Shown here: positions 50,684-63,475 of the stretch, one piece after another
Numbering within the stretch: position 1 is the first letter of the stretch
How the letters are laid out: every line of letters begins with the position of its first letter
Source of the DNA: Epiperipatus broadwayi
Lineage: Eukaryota > Animalia > Onychophora
Assembly (NCBI GenBank): GCA_028023455.1
Contig: JAQFVV010000008.1
Coordinates: forward strand, 7,440,001-7,504,000
Direction of reading: 5' to 3'
DNA length: 64,000 nucleotides
Translations under genes and position numbers: made by a program
The notes under the pieces: model-generated
Databases searched by the model: none
Told to the model about the DNA's origin: nothing
What the model saw: the letters and a program-made list of their open reading frames with translations, nothing else

Positions 50684-53094
50684 GTAAGTAGCAGAATTAT
50701 GTGTAAATAATTTATTGATTATATGATTATTACATGATTGTGGTTCATTAGTTATCACAAATTTGAATATTTTTAATATAGTTGTTTATTTTCCCAATCA
50801 TTAATGTTTTTTTTCTCACATGTCTCAATTTTAATATTTTATTTATTGACATTATAAAATATTATTGATTTCACATTCTTTTTCCTATTTAGACTTATGC
50901 ACCTGTTAACACTGAATCAACTTTTTAAATACCATATTGAATATTTCAAATATCTCTTTCTAATTTTATCTCTGGTCATTTTCTGCATTCCATTTTCTTT
51001 TTGTCATAAATGATTTTAAATACATTTTTATTTTTACTTGTTATTATTTAAAATAATTAATTCATTAATAAAAATTGCTGTTATATCTTATTTTAATTTG
51101 TGCACATAAAAGAATTAATATTCTTAAATAATCTTTTGTTACACACATTGCTTGACATAGAAATGTTCAACCTAGGAATAAGGTAAAACTTATCAAACAT
51201 ATAAATTAGTAAATAAACAATAGTTTAAACAGTGCAATAAGTAGATGGATAAAAGACATATTAATATTATAATAATAAGCACTTTGTGTGATCATCATGT
51301 TGAAATATAATACAATAAGACATGCATTGCAGTGAGAAGTGATAAAGATTTTGGACTATGTAGAACTATTAATTCTTTGACTAGTCTCATATTTTTGCAA
51401 TAATAGTAATATTTGAAAGGCATTTTCATATGATTAATATTATTCATGCTGAATAAGTAATAATGCTCAGATCAGATTCTGAAACTTTTGGATCTCTTGT
51501 GGACACTTGCAGTGTGTTGTAATGCATTATCTTAATAGTAAATGACTATCAATACACCACTTTAAAAAGGAAACATAACCACTATAAAATTTCAACCATA
51601 TGCTAACAAAAGTGACTTGTTGTTGTAAACCGGTGGTTACCATAATAAGAATGCCTGATAGAATTATCAATTTTTTTCAGATAATTTCACAACCCTATTA
51701 TTATGACCATCAAATATAGACAAGGTTTCTTTTATGTGCACTTTTAATGGAGCCATTCTTCTCATCATCCAATTTATGAGTTTTTTTTGAGCTTTATAAT
51801 GTCTTAATGAGAATGAGTTATCACAAAGACCTATGTCTTTCGAACTTTACCTAACTTATGAAAAGAATGACCTATTATTATTGCTATCTGCCAGTTGAAT
51901 GATCTTTTGAAATAGCTAGTTTTTTTTTATCATTGTCTGCAGTGAATATGCCACTCTTTCCATAATACCATTTGATTGCACTTATTCCTTTCACTACAAA
52001 ACAATTAACTCTTTCTGTATTTTGATGCATATAAATTGTAATTTGACTTATGGGCCAACTACTTGAATATAAAACTATGGTCAAGTCTTCCTGAAACTTA
52101 TTCACTGCTATTAGTTTTGTTGATGCATTTTTAAAAATAATTATATTTCTTGGATAACTATAGCACAACTGGATTTTTCATTATTTTGCTCTATTGAACA
52201 TGAAAATCTTTTTAATTGCTATTTTATAATTAAAAAATAATTATGAATCGTTAGAATATTTAGACAATTTATTCTTACTAAAAGTTAACAAACTAAAATA
52301 GATGTTAATCTGACACTAATTTATCTCCTGTATTGTTTTTTGTTTGTTTTTTTAATGGACATATATTCATTTATCCAAGATTAAATAAAAGATTTTACTT
52401 GAATATTTTTTTTTTTTTTGTGACAAAATATATGAGTAAATCATACTCATGCTAAATAATAGAATCTTGATGTCATAGAAATTTGAATTGCCCTCTCATA
52501 ATTTTATCTATAATAGAAGAATATCAAATTAGTAATTACCAGAATATTAGTGTTCAACTTGTAGAGTATTGATTAGTTAAATCTGAGATGCCATAGCTGG
52601 ATTAATGTCTTCATTTATTTATTACATCTTTTGTCTTGTATTGAAATCTGTTTTTCCATCTTTTCTCTACTTTATAAGGAGGTTTTATGTCTTCTTTTTT
52701 ATTATTTAATCATATTATCTCATCTCTATTTTTCTTTGCTTTTTTTTTTCATTTGTTTTTTTTTTAATTTCTTATATCTATATAAAGAAATATAGAATAA
52801 TGTTAGCAGCAGTTGATCACATTTGGGGCATCAGTAAAACATTATTTCAAATTGCTGAAAAGAAAGCAATCATAAATTATTCATATATACTTCTGTTAAA
52901 AATTTTATGTCTAGAAAAGCAGATTTGATATTATTGTGTTGGAAGTTGACTCATTCAGATCAAAAAAGCATTAGTATAACCACTGAGATGAGCAATAATA
53001 CTTAAGATTATTTGTTTGCTTAGTTGCTGATATCATTATGTTTGAAATAAAAATTTAAAGAAATTACTATTGATACCTGGATTATGCAGAAAAT

Positions 53095-53520
53095 AAATCA
53101 AGGAAGGTTTGAAGTGATGAGAATGGAAATAGATCATTAATACATTGTTATTTAGGGAATTAAGATTAATTAAACAAGAGATTTTAAAAGAACATATTAT
53201 CAATTATTCAAACCATGGACGACAAATTGTAGTGATTATCATTGGATATAATCATGGGAATAATCATTTAACATCAGTTTCATTTTGTGAATGACCATTC
53301 AAATATAAATCTATGTCTCAATAACTCAAGAAAATGAAGAAAAAATTGAAAAGTTTTATGATCAGATTCAGCAAAATTGAATCTTGCAAGATATATATCT
53401 ACTAGAAACCTGGCTGATAAAATTAGAAATAAAAACAAAGAAAATGCTATTTGACAATATGAACTTGAAAGTAGAAATGAAGTAAGAGAAGGATTAGAAC
53501 AATTTTGTGAATTAATAACC
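53095..53520 (+). mobile_element. Ancient RTE/BovB-like LINE, endonuclease part (5' half of a split copy)
   Basis: Broken reading frames give FEVMRMEIDH, FYDQIQQ and SRNEVREGLEQFCELNN, matching RTE endonuclease segments; heavily decayed. Confidence 0.55.
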
Positions 53521-53545
53521 TTTGTGTGTGTATATATATATATAT

Positions 53546-55735
53546 TGTGATGGTAACTGATGATTATCAAACCCCCATCACAAGTTTTGGTGAGCTAGCA
53601 CTGTATTCAAGTGTTAATTGACCCATAAAATGTAAGGGTATAAATATAATTTAAAAACTAAAAGGACACTTGTGGGTAATATACACACACACATATTATA
53701 TTGCCAGATAGGCAGTAGAATATGTGCATATTGAGACTATGTTTATTATTTTTATTTGTAATGTTAATTTTCTTTAATGCGTTTTTTTTTGTCTAAGATA
53801 AGAAAGAAAATATATATATGTTAGTTTGTTTAATCAAATGTATAGATAAAGAAAATAAAAAGATTGCATCCAACTGTTCTTGGGTACAAATATTTCATAG
53901 AAAAAAATTTAGCAGTGTTTAATTATATCACAGTCTAATTAGAGATATTGTTGTATCCAAATTCCTTTTAAAGAATTTGTCTCATTGATATAATTTTTTT
54001 TTTTACTTTAGATGTGCCAAGATATGTTATCAAAATTTAATTGATAAAATGTTTTATAAAAAAATTCTTGAAATTCTTTTTTGTAAAGATTAAAAGACTC
54101 ATCTGCATGCTGATTAGAAAAATAAATTAATTCATATCGAAGATAAAAGATTACAACATTTTTTTGTTCTTTGGTGTTTGTATAGTGATCAGTCAAGAGT
54201 AATTGGCAGTCAGAGAAATTAGTAATCAGAAAGCCAGCAAAGAAAATTAGTCATCATAGCTAGTGAGCAGTTGGTGATTACACTGCAATACCGAGTCAGA
54301 AAAAAAAAATGTATTGGAATCCATTTTGATATACTCAACAAAAGATATTAATGCTGCCAGAAGAGTTTAGTAAACTAAACAAAATGAAGTAGAAGTTTAC
54401 CAAGTGCACCAGATCTAATTTTCAAATGGTCACCATGTGAAATTTACTGTTATGCTGAAAACCTGCCTCATAAAAAATCTAACTGAATTAAAATCATCTG
54501 ATTCTCCTGTTTGCTACTGCATATTTTAATAGAGCTTTGTAAGTGAGAGCATGCCCAGGAAATGTCATTTTAGCTTAGAACAAGGGGGGGGGGGTAGTCA
54601 TCATAGAAGTCAGCATTATGTAATGTCTCCTATGAATGAATATTGCAGACGAGTCTTTGAAATAGAGCAGAAATGAAGTGTATAACCATCCACGCCCTCT
54701 GTTGGTATAAGTAAAGAAAGAATATTTAAATTTATTATTTTTTAAATATATCGATTTCAGAAATTAACATTTTGTTCATATTAAACTATATGCATGTGAA
54801 TATATGTATGCATATAGAGTTAAATATATATTTAGTTAAAAATTAATATCTTAGCAAAATTAAATTACACCTATGTGAATGTATGTATGTGTATAGAGGT
54901 AGATAAAGATGTATATAATTTTTTGTAATTATTTGTTAATGTGTAGAAAACAAAATATATTTTGCTATTTTTTCTTTCCTCTGGTGTAATATCACTGATC
55001 AGCATGCGTATTATATATGTATATATTTTTTATGTGTTATTTTATATGTGGGTATTATATGCACACAAATTGCGGTATGAGTGCATGCAATAAGAAATTA
55101 ATAGAAGAGAGGTGTGCATCCGTATAACACAATAATGAATTATAAGGGAAGTGGTATTCTCTTATTCCGCATTAATCAGCAAAATATTTGCTTGACTATT
55201 ATAAATATTTCAAGGCGCATTTAATACAGGTTTTAGCCTATCTTAAAGTATTTACATATACTTCTGTGCACTCAATAAAATATAAATACAACTCTAGAGA
55301 TTAGATTGTTTTTTCTTCTTGTGTTTCTAAATAAGGTTAAGAAAATAAATTTTTGTTGTATTTGATCAAGAATTGGTGTTCAATATTTGACTTATCTCAC
55401 TCCATAGTTAATGAATTATATGTGTATTTATTGTAAGATAGGCTATTCACCTTGAGAAATAGAATAAGAAAGCTAGCATATGGGATAATCTGTAAGGGAA
55501 TGTTGGGTATGTCTTTCAATAAAGGTCTTGTAGGGCATCTTTTTAAGAAAGTGGCACTTAAAGCTTTTGGGCTTTATAAAATACTAGGGGATTAGGAAAT
55601 GTAACTGATAGTTGTCAGTTTCACCCCCTTTTTAATAATACTAATTAGTGAAATTAATTATTTCACTCTACCTTATCTGTTAGTTAAGTTACAGGGTTTG
55701 AACTCGGTAGTGGTGGGTAGGGTATTCCTGTTACA
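53546..55735. mobile_element. Probable large solo LTR (2190 bp) inserted in (TA)n, splitting the old RTE copy
   Basis: Starts TGTGATGG, ends CCTGTTACA, with (TA)n on both sides. RTE endonuclease motifs stop just before and resume just after (YICWSSSNGFQNNQTDY, resembling YTWTSPDGQHRNQIDY). Confidence 0.6.
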
Positions 55736-57860
55736 ATATATATATATATGTTGGTCATCATCAAATGGTTTTCAAAATAATCAGACAGATTACTATCCAA
55801 CAATAAGAGAATGGCCAAGAGTGAATTTTGAATCTTATAAAGAATCACATAAATGTCCAAATCCTATTTATAATCCCCCAAAAATGATAACAGATCTATT
55901 GTTTGTAGAGATAGGATCAAAAATTAATTTGATATTTTGAATAAAATTTATGATGAGCCAGAAGAACAATGGATGGAAGTGGACAAAATAATTAAAGATA
56001 AATTTGACAAAAATTTGAATAATATAAAAAACAAGCAGGAAAATTATGCAGTCCACTAGAGGATGGTATAATAATTTAAAATAATGATGATCAGCACTAT
56101 TAAGATTTCTAGCAGTAAACTTTCTATTTAGGAAGTTTGGTACCTGAAGATTAACTTTTAATTGAATCTAGAAAAAGAAATTAAAAATACTTGGAAGATA
56201 TAATGCAATTGCAAAGAAAAGAAACAAATTAAAAATTATAAGAATATTTTGAAAGAACTGAATAGGAAATATATAAAAGCAGCCAGAAAAGATCAAGAGC
56301 AATATATATATATACTATATCACCATTTATAAAGACATTGAATGAAAATGAAAAAAACTTGGAAAAATAAAAAGTTTTTTAGGGAATTCAGGAGTTCAAA
56401 AATTCGATTACAGTTTCAAAGGAGTTTTCTAAAAATGCTATGGGCATTTGTAATATAGATAGATGGAAGAAATATACAGCTTTCAGTAATGGAAGATCTT
56501 GCTTGAGATTATTCTCAGAAGACCATTGGATTAATAATATTATCATAGAAATTTTGCAGAAAATTAAAGAACAAAAATGCTGACCGAATTTAATCAATTA
56601 ATCTGAAAATAGATTGGAGAAAATCCATTTGTTTCTAAATCAAAAACTTTTAACTTAATTTGCAAACAGTGGTATATAATCTTTTGTACTAAGGGCAAAA
56701 CAAATTTCACTTGAAGCTTATTCATTGTGGATTAAAACTTTATATTGAAAAAAATATTGGAAGATGTACAAAAATGTTTTCAGGAATGTTTAAAAAATAA
56801 AATATCATTGTTGAAAAGACCAGAGAATAACATAAAGAATCAGCTTGTGGTTTATTGATTATAACAAAACCTTTGATTTAATTGGCCATGTTAAGTTATA
56901 GAATGTTCTCTGATTTTTTTTTTTTGAGGAATTTATATGAAAGTATAAGATACATTTAAGAGAGACTACAGTGAAACAAATGTTTCATATTGTAAAAGAG
57001 ATTAAACAGGGAGGATATTAATATTACATATTAATCTTTACTGAATATACAATGAAAGAAAGCACATTAGCAAGGTCAAATTAGAGCAGGGGTCACCAAA
57101 CTTTTTTGATCGTGGACCTCTATATAATTTTTCAAAATCTCCATCGACCCCCATAAAAGTAATTTTTAGTTAATTAAAATAAAACTATCTATTAGGTAGT
57201 GTGTTTGTACATTTATTTTATGATTTTAAACATTTATTAAAGTAATTTTACATTGTGTGACAATAGTTTTATGAAAAATATGTGTGATTTGCATATTAAG
57301 AATTGTTTTTCCATTGACCCCTGGCTCAGATCGACTCCTACTTTTGTTAAATAGACCCCTGGGGGTCTATATAGACCACTTTGGCGACCTCTGAATTAGG
57401 GGGAAAACATTTACAATTTTAGATGTATGGATGATACTAAATTTTAGCTAAAAACTAACAACATTTAATTTTAAAACTGGTAAAGACATTGAAAAGATTA
57501 ATAATTTTTGTCTTCTTGGATCATTCATCAATATCAAAAGGTTCAGCAGTCAAAACATTTATTGCAGTTTTATATGATTAGATTTGCAGTGAAAAGCATG
57601 AAAAGATACTTAGATATAAAGTAATATTTTTTTAAAAAATGAGGATTGGATCTGTGCAAGCAGTAATATTTTCTATGACTGTGTGAATGGAAAAGTTAAT
57701 AGTTGAAAAACAAAAATAGAAAACATATTGCTGCTTTTAAATTATGATGCTAGCAAAGGTTTTTAAAAATATACTGGGAAACAAAATAAATGCATGGATA
57801 TTTGATCAAAGTAGACTTGAATTTTTTCTTGAAGCACAAATGATTAAATTAATTTTGTCA
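55736..57860 (+). mobile_element. Ancient RTE/BovB-like LINE, 3' half (end of endonuclease + RT remnants)
   Basis: Fragments WSSSNGFQNNQTDY, DEPEEQWMEV, EKTRE, a DY.K.FD-like segment, IKQG, MDDTKILA and FVFLGSFI in RTE order; many stops. Confidence 0.55.
57087..57393. mobile_element. hAT (Charlie-like) MITE, 307 bp
   Basis: TIRs CAGGGGTCACCAAACT / ACTTTGGCGACCTCTG (reverse complement CAGAGGTCGCCAAAGT); 8-bp TSD AATTAGAG / AATTAGGG. Confidence 0.85.
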
Positions 57861-58035
57861 TTTGGTATCTAATTCCTCTTCTTAATTTTTTTTTTTGGTA
57901 TAAATAACCAGTTTTCATTTATTTTTTACTAATCATCTTTTTATTGCTAATAAAATAATGTAAAAAAAAAAAAAAAAGACAAAACAGATAAACAAATAAA
58001 TGGAATTAGTTTATAAAGTTTTTTAATTATTTTAG

Positions 58036-58082
58036 AGCAAATCACTTTCTAGTGCAAAAGAAGAAAAGAAAAAAAAAGAAAG
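58036..58082 (+). CDS. SRP72: SRP72 coding exon (poly-lysine stretch)
   Basis: ttttag|A GCA ... AAA G|gttagt; 47 nt; (Q)ANHFLVQKKKRKKKK(G). Phases (2 in, 1 out) bridge exactly the 50683 and 61983 exons; the human equivalent is DLKKKKKKKKG. Confidence 0.88.
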
Positions 58083-59135
58083 GTTAGTACTTCTTTTTTT
58101 CATTTGTTTTTATTTTTCTCACAATAATTTTTTTTTTTTAGTTTCTTCCTTTCTTTTTATTACTCTAGTATAAATTGAAATCTATAACTTTATATGTCTT
58201 TCACAATTAGAAAATACTTCAACTGAGATGATCAGAAGTTAAGCTTCTTCTAATTGCTTAATTCGATTCAGATGATTAAAACATAAATGTTACTGCAATC
58301 TCAATAGTAAAATTATTTAATCTGGAAAAAGAGTAACCAAATCTAAGGTGGGGAAGAATATTAAATTTATTCACCCAAGTAAAATTCATTTTGTAATTAT
58401 TACATAGTGAACATTTATTATAGAAATAAAAATGAACTCCATACTGACATCATAATATTTTAGGATATAGGAACTTTAGAGCATTTCTAAGTATGAAAAA
58501 AAAAGAGGTTAAAAATGAATTTTAAAATGAAAGAATGTTATAATATATGCAAAGTGTGTTTAATTTAAATATATTTAAAAAGACATTTTCACACTTTCAA
58601 GTAGGAATTAAAAAATATTGAAGTTTAAACATAGAAACATTGAAAAAAATCTTCATATCTGCAGAATTCACCATTAAATTTCCTATTGCCGAAAGGCAGC
58701 TCTTTTGAATGTGTAGAACTTAGCACTAAAAATAAACTAAATTAATACCAGTTGGATTTAAATGAATTTGAGAATTCTGAATCTTTCATAAGAAAAAAGA
58801 ATTTAGCATTGCTAGTAAGAAGATGAATAAAATAAATCTCAAAAAGCTCTTAGATTTTTCTGACCTATAATTGGCATCTATATAAGTAATAAATTTTCCT
58901 AATGATTATGCAATTATTGTTTTGCCTATGAAAAACTTATAAAATTAAATCAACTAACATTTTTATATTATTGATAAATTAGCAGATGAAAGTTTTTTCT
59001 TTAAGTTGATGAAAATATACAGAAAATAATTGATTAAAATTTTTTCCATGATACTTCATAAAAGCTAAACTTGTTTAGTTAAAAAAAAAAGTTGTTAAAT
59101 TGTTCACTTTTAAAGTTGTTTAGTCTGTTTAGTAA

Positions 59136-59201
59136 TATTAGAATAATTGATTTTCAAAATGATCAGATTATTAGAATAATTGATTTTCAAAATGATCAGA
59201 T
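59136..59201. repeat. Perfect 33-bp tandem duplication
   Basis: TATTAGAATAATTGATTTTCAAAATGATCAGAT x2. Confidence 0.95.
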
Positions 59202-59539
59202 AACTCCTAAACTTATTTATAATAAGCTCCAAGTCTTTGTGTTACTATCTCAAAATGTAATACAGCATTGGAGAAATGCTTTCACTGCCATTATGATTTA
59301 TAAATATCTCTTTTATTTTTGTTTATAATATGAAATAAGTCTATTTTAATCATTTATAAATAAACTTTAAATATCAGATTTTATTACAGCTGATGATGAG
59401 AAGCTAGGTTAAATTGTGTTAAGGTAAGGGCATACAATTACAATCAAGTATTCTGAACAAGAGACATGAACTCTGTTTAAACAAGCATCCATTAGTTTAA
59501 CATTAGCAGGAAAATAGAGACATGAAATGAATGATATTT

Positions 59540-60230
59540 GAAACTAATTTAGCATCCACTCTAACTTGCATACATTGCACTCCCACAAATTAGCTAGTCT
59601 TAAAGCATTCTGACACCATAGTTCGAATCACACAGGAAAGATAATATCAGCACTACGTATCAGACTTGCGTAGCATGGGATATAGGAATCCAACTCTCTT
59701 GCAAGCCATTAGAAACTTTTACCACAAATTACAATACCCCCCACTAACCTGAAGCCTTGGATTTCCCTTCCCTTTATAGCTAACATAACCCGCTGCATCT
59801 CTAAAATTATCACTTCCATTGATCAAATAGCTATACACACCATCCTCCTCTACAATGTTTACTTAACAACTCAAAGGATACTTTGCCAACTAATCTCCAT
59901 TCCCAGATCGTGTACAAAATCAAATGCCATAGCCCCATCTGTCCTCCATTTCCTGCAGCAAATCTCGGGCTAATTTATCTAGTTGCATTGCTAAACACAC
60001 TATAATAAAGCTAAAACCAATTCAGATACTCATTCAATTTTTTGTGATCATTTTTCCTCAACTGGCAATGCCTTTGTTCCCTCCTCTGTCAACATTGTTT
60101 GCACTGAAAGCAATGGGGCCAAGCGAAAAATTAAGGAAACCTGGCATATTTCTGAAGACAAATACGCCATTAATAAGAGGAAATCATGCATTCCCCTTTC
60201 CAAAAAAATAGCCTATTCTCCATAATGCAA
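59540..60230 (+). mobile_element. Third Penelope-like remnant (linker + GIY-YIG), decayed
   Basis: Manual translation gives PWISLPFIANITRCISKII, NNSKDTLPTNLHSQIVYKIKC and CDHFSSTGNAFVPSSVNIVCTESNGAKRKIKETWHI...AIN, which is the PLE C-terminal pattern. Confidence 0.7.
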
Positions 60231-61982
60231 CATGTAAATTAAATGAAATTAGCACGAACAATATATATATACATCCTTCTCTCCCCATTACAACCATTGC
60301 TATGTTTATGGATGACATCATTCAAAAGCTAGCTAAGCACATTAAGATTCATTAAACCATAGCTCCATACATTTTTTGTGTATATTTATTTTGTTACATT
60401 GCATTTGAGATAAAATTTGTATTGCGTTCATTACATGCCATACTTTGTTGATATCAGGGAGAAAAAAACTTACTGCTCCTATATTTTTAAGGATCAAAAA
60501 AAAAAAGAAACTAAAATATTGGCTTGTATTCTAACTAGAGGAGACTTTTGATGATTAAAGTTAAGTTCTTATGAATTTTTATGGAAAATTGGTAAAATCC
60601 ATGGAAAAATATGTTCTATGAATATGTACAAAGTACTTATTGAATAAAACTGGAGAGTCTATGGAATTTTTTTTTAAATATTAATCTGCTCTTGAATTTT
60701 TTTAGAGTCTTGGCACACAAATATTTTTGTGTAATGTCCAGAGACCTACCAAAAACTATACTACATTTCTGTTGACAATATAATTATTTAATCCTTTATA
60801 AAATGCAGATCTTCATTACCAAAATGTGTTATCTAGGTGATCAGATTTTCAAAAAAACAATTAATTACACCTTTGAAATAAATTCTAACTATTATGATAC
60901 AGTTTTCTTTTACATCATTGTAAAAAGATGAAGCTCTTACAAGATTATTAATAATTGATGTATTTTGGTTCTTGTTAGGAAGATGGAAATTCTTTTGAAA
61001 TAAATTCTGGCAAAAAATTTGGAACAAGTCATAATATTATTTTTTGACTTTATGAATATATGATGACTTTTTAAACAAAAAATGATGCTAATGTAATACA
61101 AATACAATTAAATGCTGTGAACTGCATGGTAATCTTTTGCGTAACAATAATTCACCAATGAAAATGTAAGAATATAATATCTGTTATATTGAAAAGAGAA
61201 TTTGTTTTCTGATATTTAACAATTCAGTCAGTAGTTTGTCTAGAATCATTTACAATAGACTATAGGTCTATGGGATAGGGAACTAATAGTCTTGTGAATA
61301 TTTTTAGAAATTTTCTGGTTCTTAATGAATAAGCATTTTGCTCCAAGTCATTTCATAACCTACAATTGTCACTATTAACAATTTGCATAAAAGTTTTTGT
61401 TTGATTTAAGATATTTGCTTGAGTTTGATTCTTATTTCATTTGTAAGAATTTTTTCCATAGTAAAATATTAAATGATTAACAAAATTGAAGATGAATTAA
61501 TTTTGATTGGCCATTAATTTAATTTAAGCTAGTACAGTTTTAGTTATTTATCACATTATTATAATTTGAGAGGAAAAGCTCAGTTAACAATAAATTAAAT
61601 TTTTAATTAGATTTTACTTTTGAACAAACTCTTCTGAAAATATTGGAAAATGTAAACCTGGGTCCTGTTATGTTACTTTAAATGATCCAGAAATGCATTA
61701 CATCTCAAATATCCTCAGGATTTTTATTTAAAAATAGATGAAACGACCATCAGTATTCAGGATCAAGTTCTGAACTGATTATAACTTTATATGACTGAAT
61801 TATATAATAAAGGTAATTAATTTTATTAATGATTAAATAAGATATTATTTAATTATCTTAAGATTTTTTTTATAGCAAGATATAAATTTTTTTTTTGAAT
61901 ACTAATAATTGAATTAGACTTTTATGGATTGATCCTAAGTTTTTTATTATCAGTTAGGAGCTTTTATTTTATTTTAAACTAG

Positions 61983-62099
61983 GTAAACTTCCAAAAAATT
62001 ATGATCCAAATGTTGATCCTGATTGTGAAAGATGGCTACCAAAAAGAGAAAGATCATATTATGCCAAAAAGCGTAAAGACAAACGAATTATTAATGTTG
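61983..62099 (+). CDS. SRP72: SRP72 coding exon, SRP RNA-binding domain
   Basis: aactag|GT AAA ... GTT G|gtaaga; 117 nt; (G)KLPKNYDPNVDPDCERWLPKRERSYYAKKRKDKRIINV vs human GKLPKNYDPKVTPDPERWLPMRERSYY, the signature SRP72 motif. Confidence 0.97.
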
Positions 62100-62532
62100 G
62101 TAAGAATTATTAAAATTTCATTATTTGTAAATTTTTTATAAATATCACTAAATCTATCACTTTCTTTATTTTGCTGTAATATTTTATGTAAATACAATTT
62201 GTCCACCTTACTTCAAACATTTTTTAGCAAAAATTTTTTTATTGTATATACATACACAATTTGACATTTCGACTGCATCCTGCAATTTACCTCAGAGCTA
62301 TGATATAATGACAAAATAAATAACTGCATACATAATACAATAAAAATAAAAATGTAAACAATAAAATTTAAAAAATAAAGAAAAATAACCAAATAAAACA
62401 AAACATAATAAAACTAAAATAAATTAAATATGATAAAATGGAATTAAATAAAATAAAATTCAGATAATATAAAATAAAATATACAACATTAAATTGAAAT
62501 ATCAAATAAATTTAGATTATACAAATGTATTC

Positions 62533-63071
62533 CTGTCTGTATATAGATATTCATGAACAACTTAATTTATATATATATATTATTCTTTTTACTATATTTT
62601 TTAATAATCCCTTAATTATTACTATGCCTTATAAATTAAAACTAATTTTATTTCCAAATTAATAAAGTACTTATTATGTTATTTTTATATATTCCTCTGT
62701 TCAACATTATTTCATTTATTAAAAATATTCTTTTTAATTTTTAAATCATAAATAATATCTATTATTTTTTTATTCATTTTTCTATTATTAACTTTAAATA
62801 AAAAGATAAATATAAAATATTGTTAATAATAGAAAAATGAATAAGAAAATAAAATATTTTATATGATTTAAAAATTAAAAATAATATTTTTAGTAAATGA
62901 ATTAATGTTGAACTGAGAAATATATAAAAATAACACAAATATTTTATTAATTTGGGGATAATAAAATTACAGTTTTAATTTATAATTATTAGGGTGTTAT
63001 TAAAAAATATAGTAAAAAGAATAATGTATATAAATTAATAGTTCTTCATGAATATATATATATTGAAACAG
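62533..63071. repeat. Long AT-rich palindrome: ~255-bp arms, 29-nt spacer
   Basis: 62533-62792 is the reverse complement of 62822-63071 (e.g. TATTCTTTTTACTATATTTTTTAATAA and TTATTCATTTTTCTATTATTAAC with their complements). Confidence 0.88.
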
Positions 63072-63475
63072 TAAGATTCGTATTCGAATCTTAAGTTTCA
63101 CCTTTTTCTGTCATCTCTCACTGACCGGTCTATCCCGCCCAAATTTAAACTTTTTGATATCGAGTTGTGTGTGTAACAATATTAAAAATGTATAAATATA
63201 TGTAGAATTTAGCATAAACACGCACACATTTCGATCTCAAATTAAACGCAATAAATAGGGATAAAATAATATAATTTAGATTTCTTTTAGTTATATCATT
63301 TTGTATAATTTTAATCATTTATTTTGGATTATAAAGTTTGTATTTATTGCTTCGTTTAAATTTCATTGAATAATTCTAAAAAAATCTGATATAATATTTA
63401 ATTAAAAGTTAAAATAATCTTATGTTCCCTTTTTGTTTTTGAAATTTAAAAGCATCGGTCAGTGATAGATAATAG
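63065..63475 (-). mobile_element. Helentron/HINE-like non-autonomous rolling-circle element
   Basis: Sub-terminal inverted repeats ATCTCTCACTGACCG (63113-63127) / CGGTCAGTGATAGAT (63456-63470), plus a terminal stem-loop GAAAC..TAAGATTCG TATT CGAATCTTA.GTTTC (63065-63099) just outside one subTIR. Confidence 0.5.

Noticed and set aside
51884-52168. 94-aa minus-strand ORF with a faint piggyBac-like flavour
   Set aside because: No DDD catalytic motifs, TTAA TSD or TIRs identifiable.
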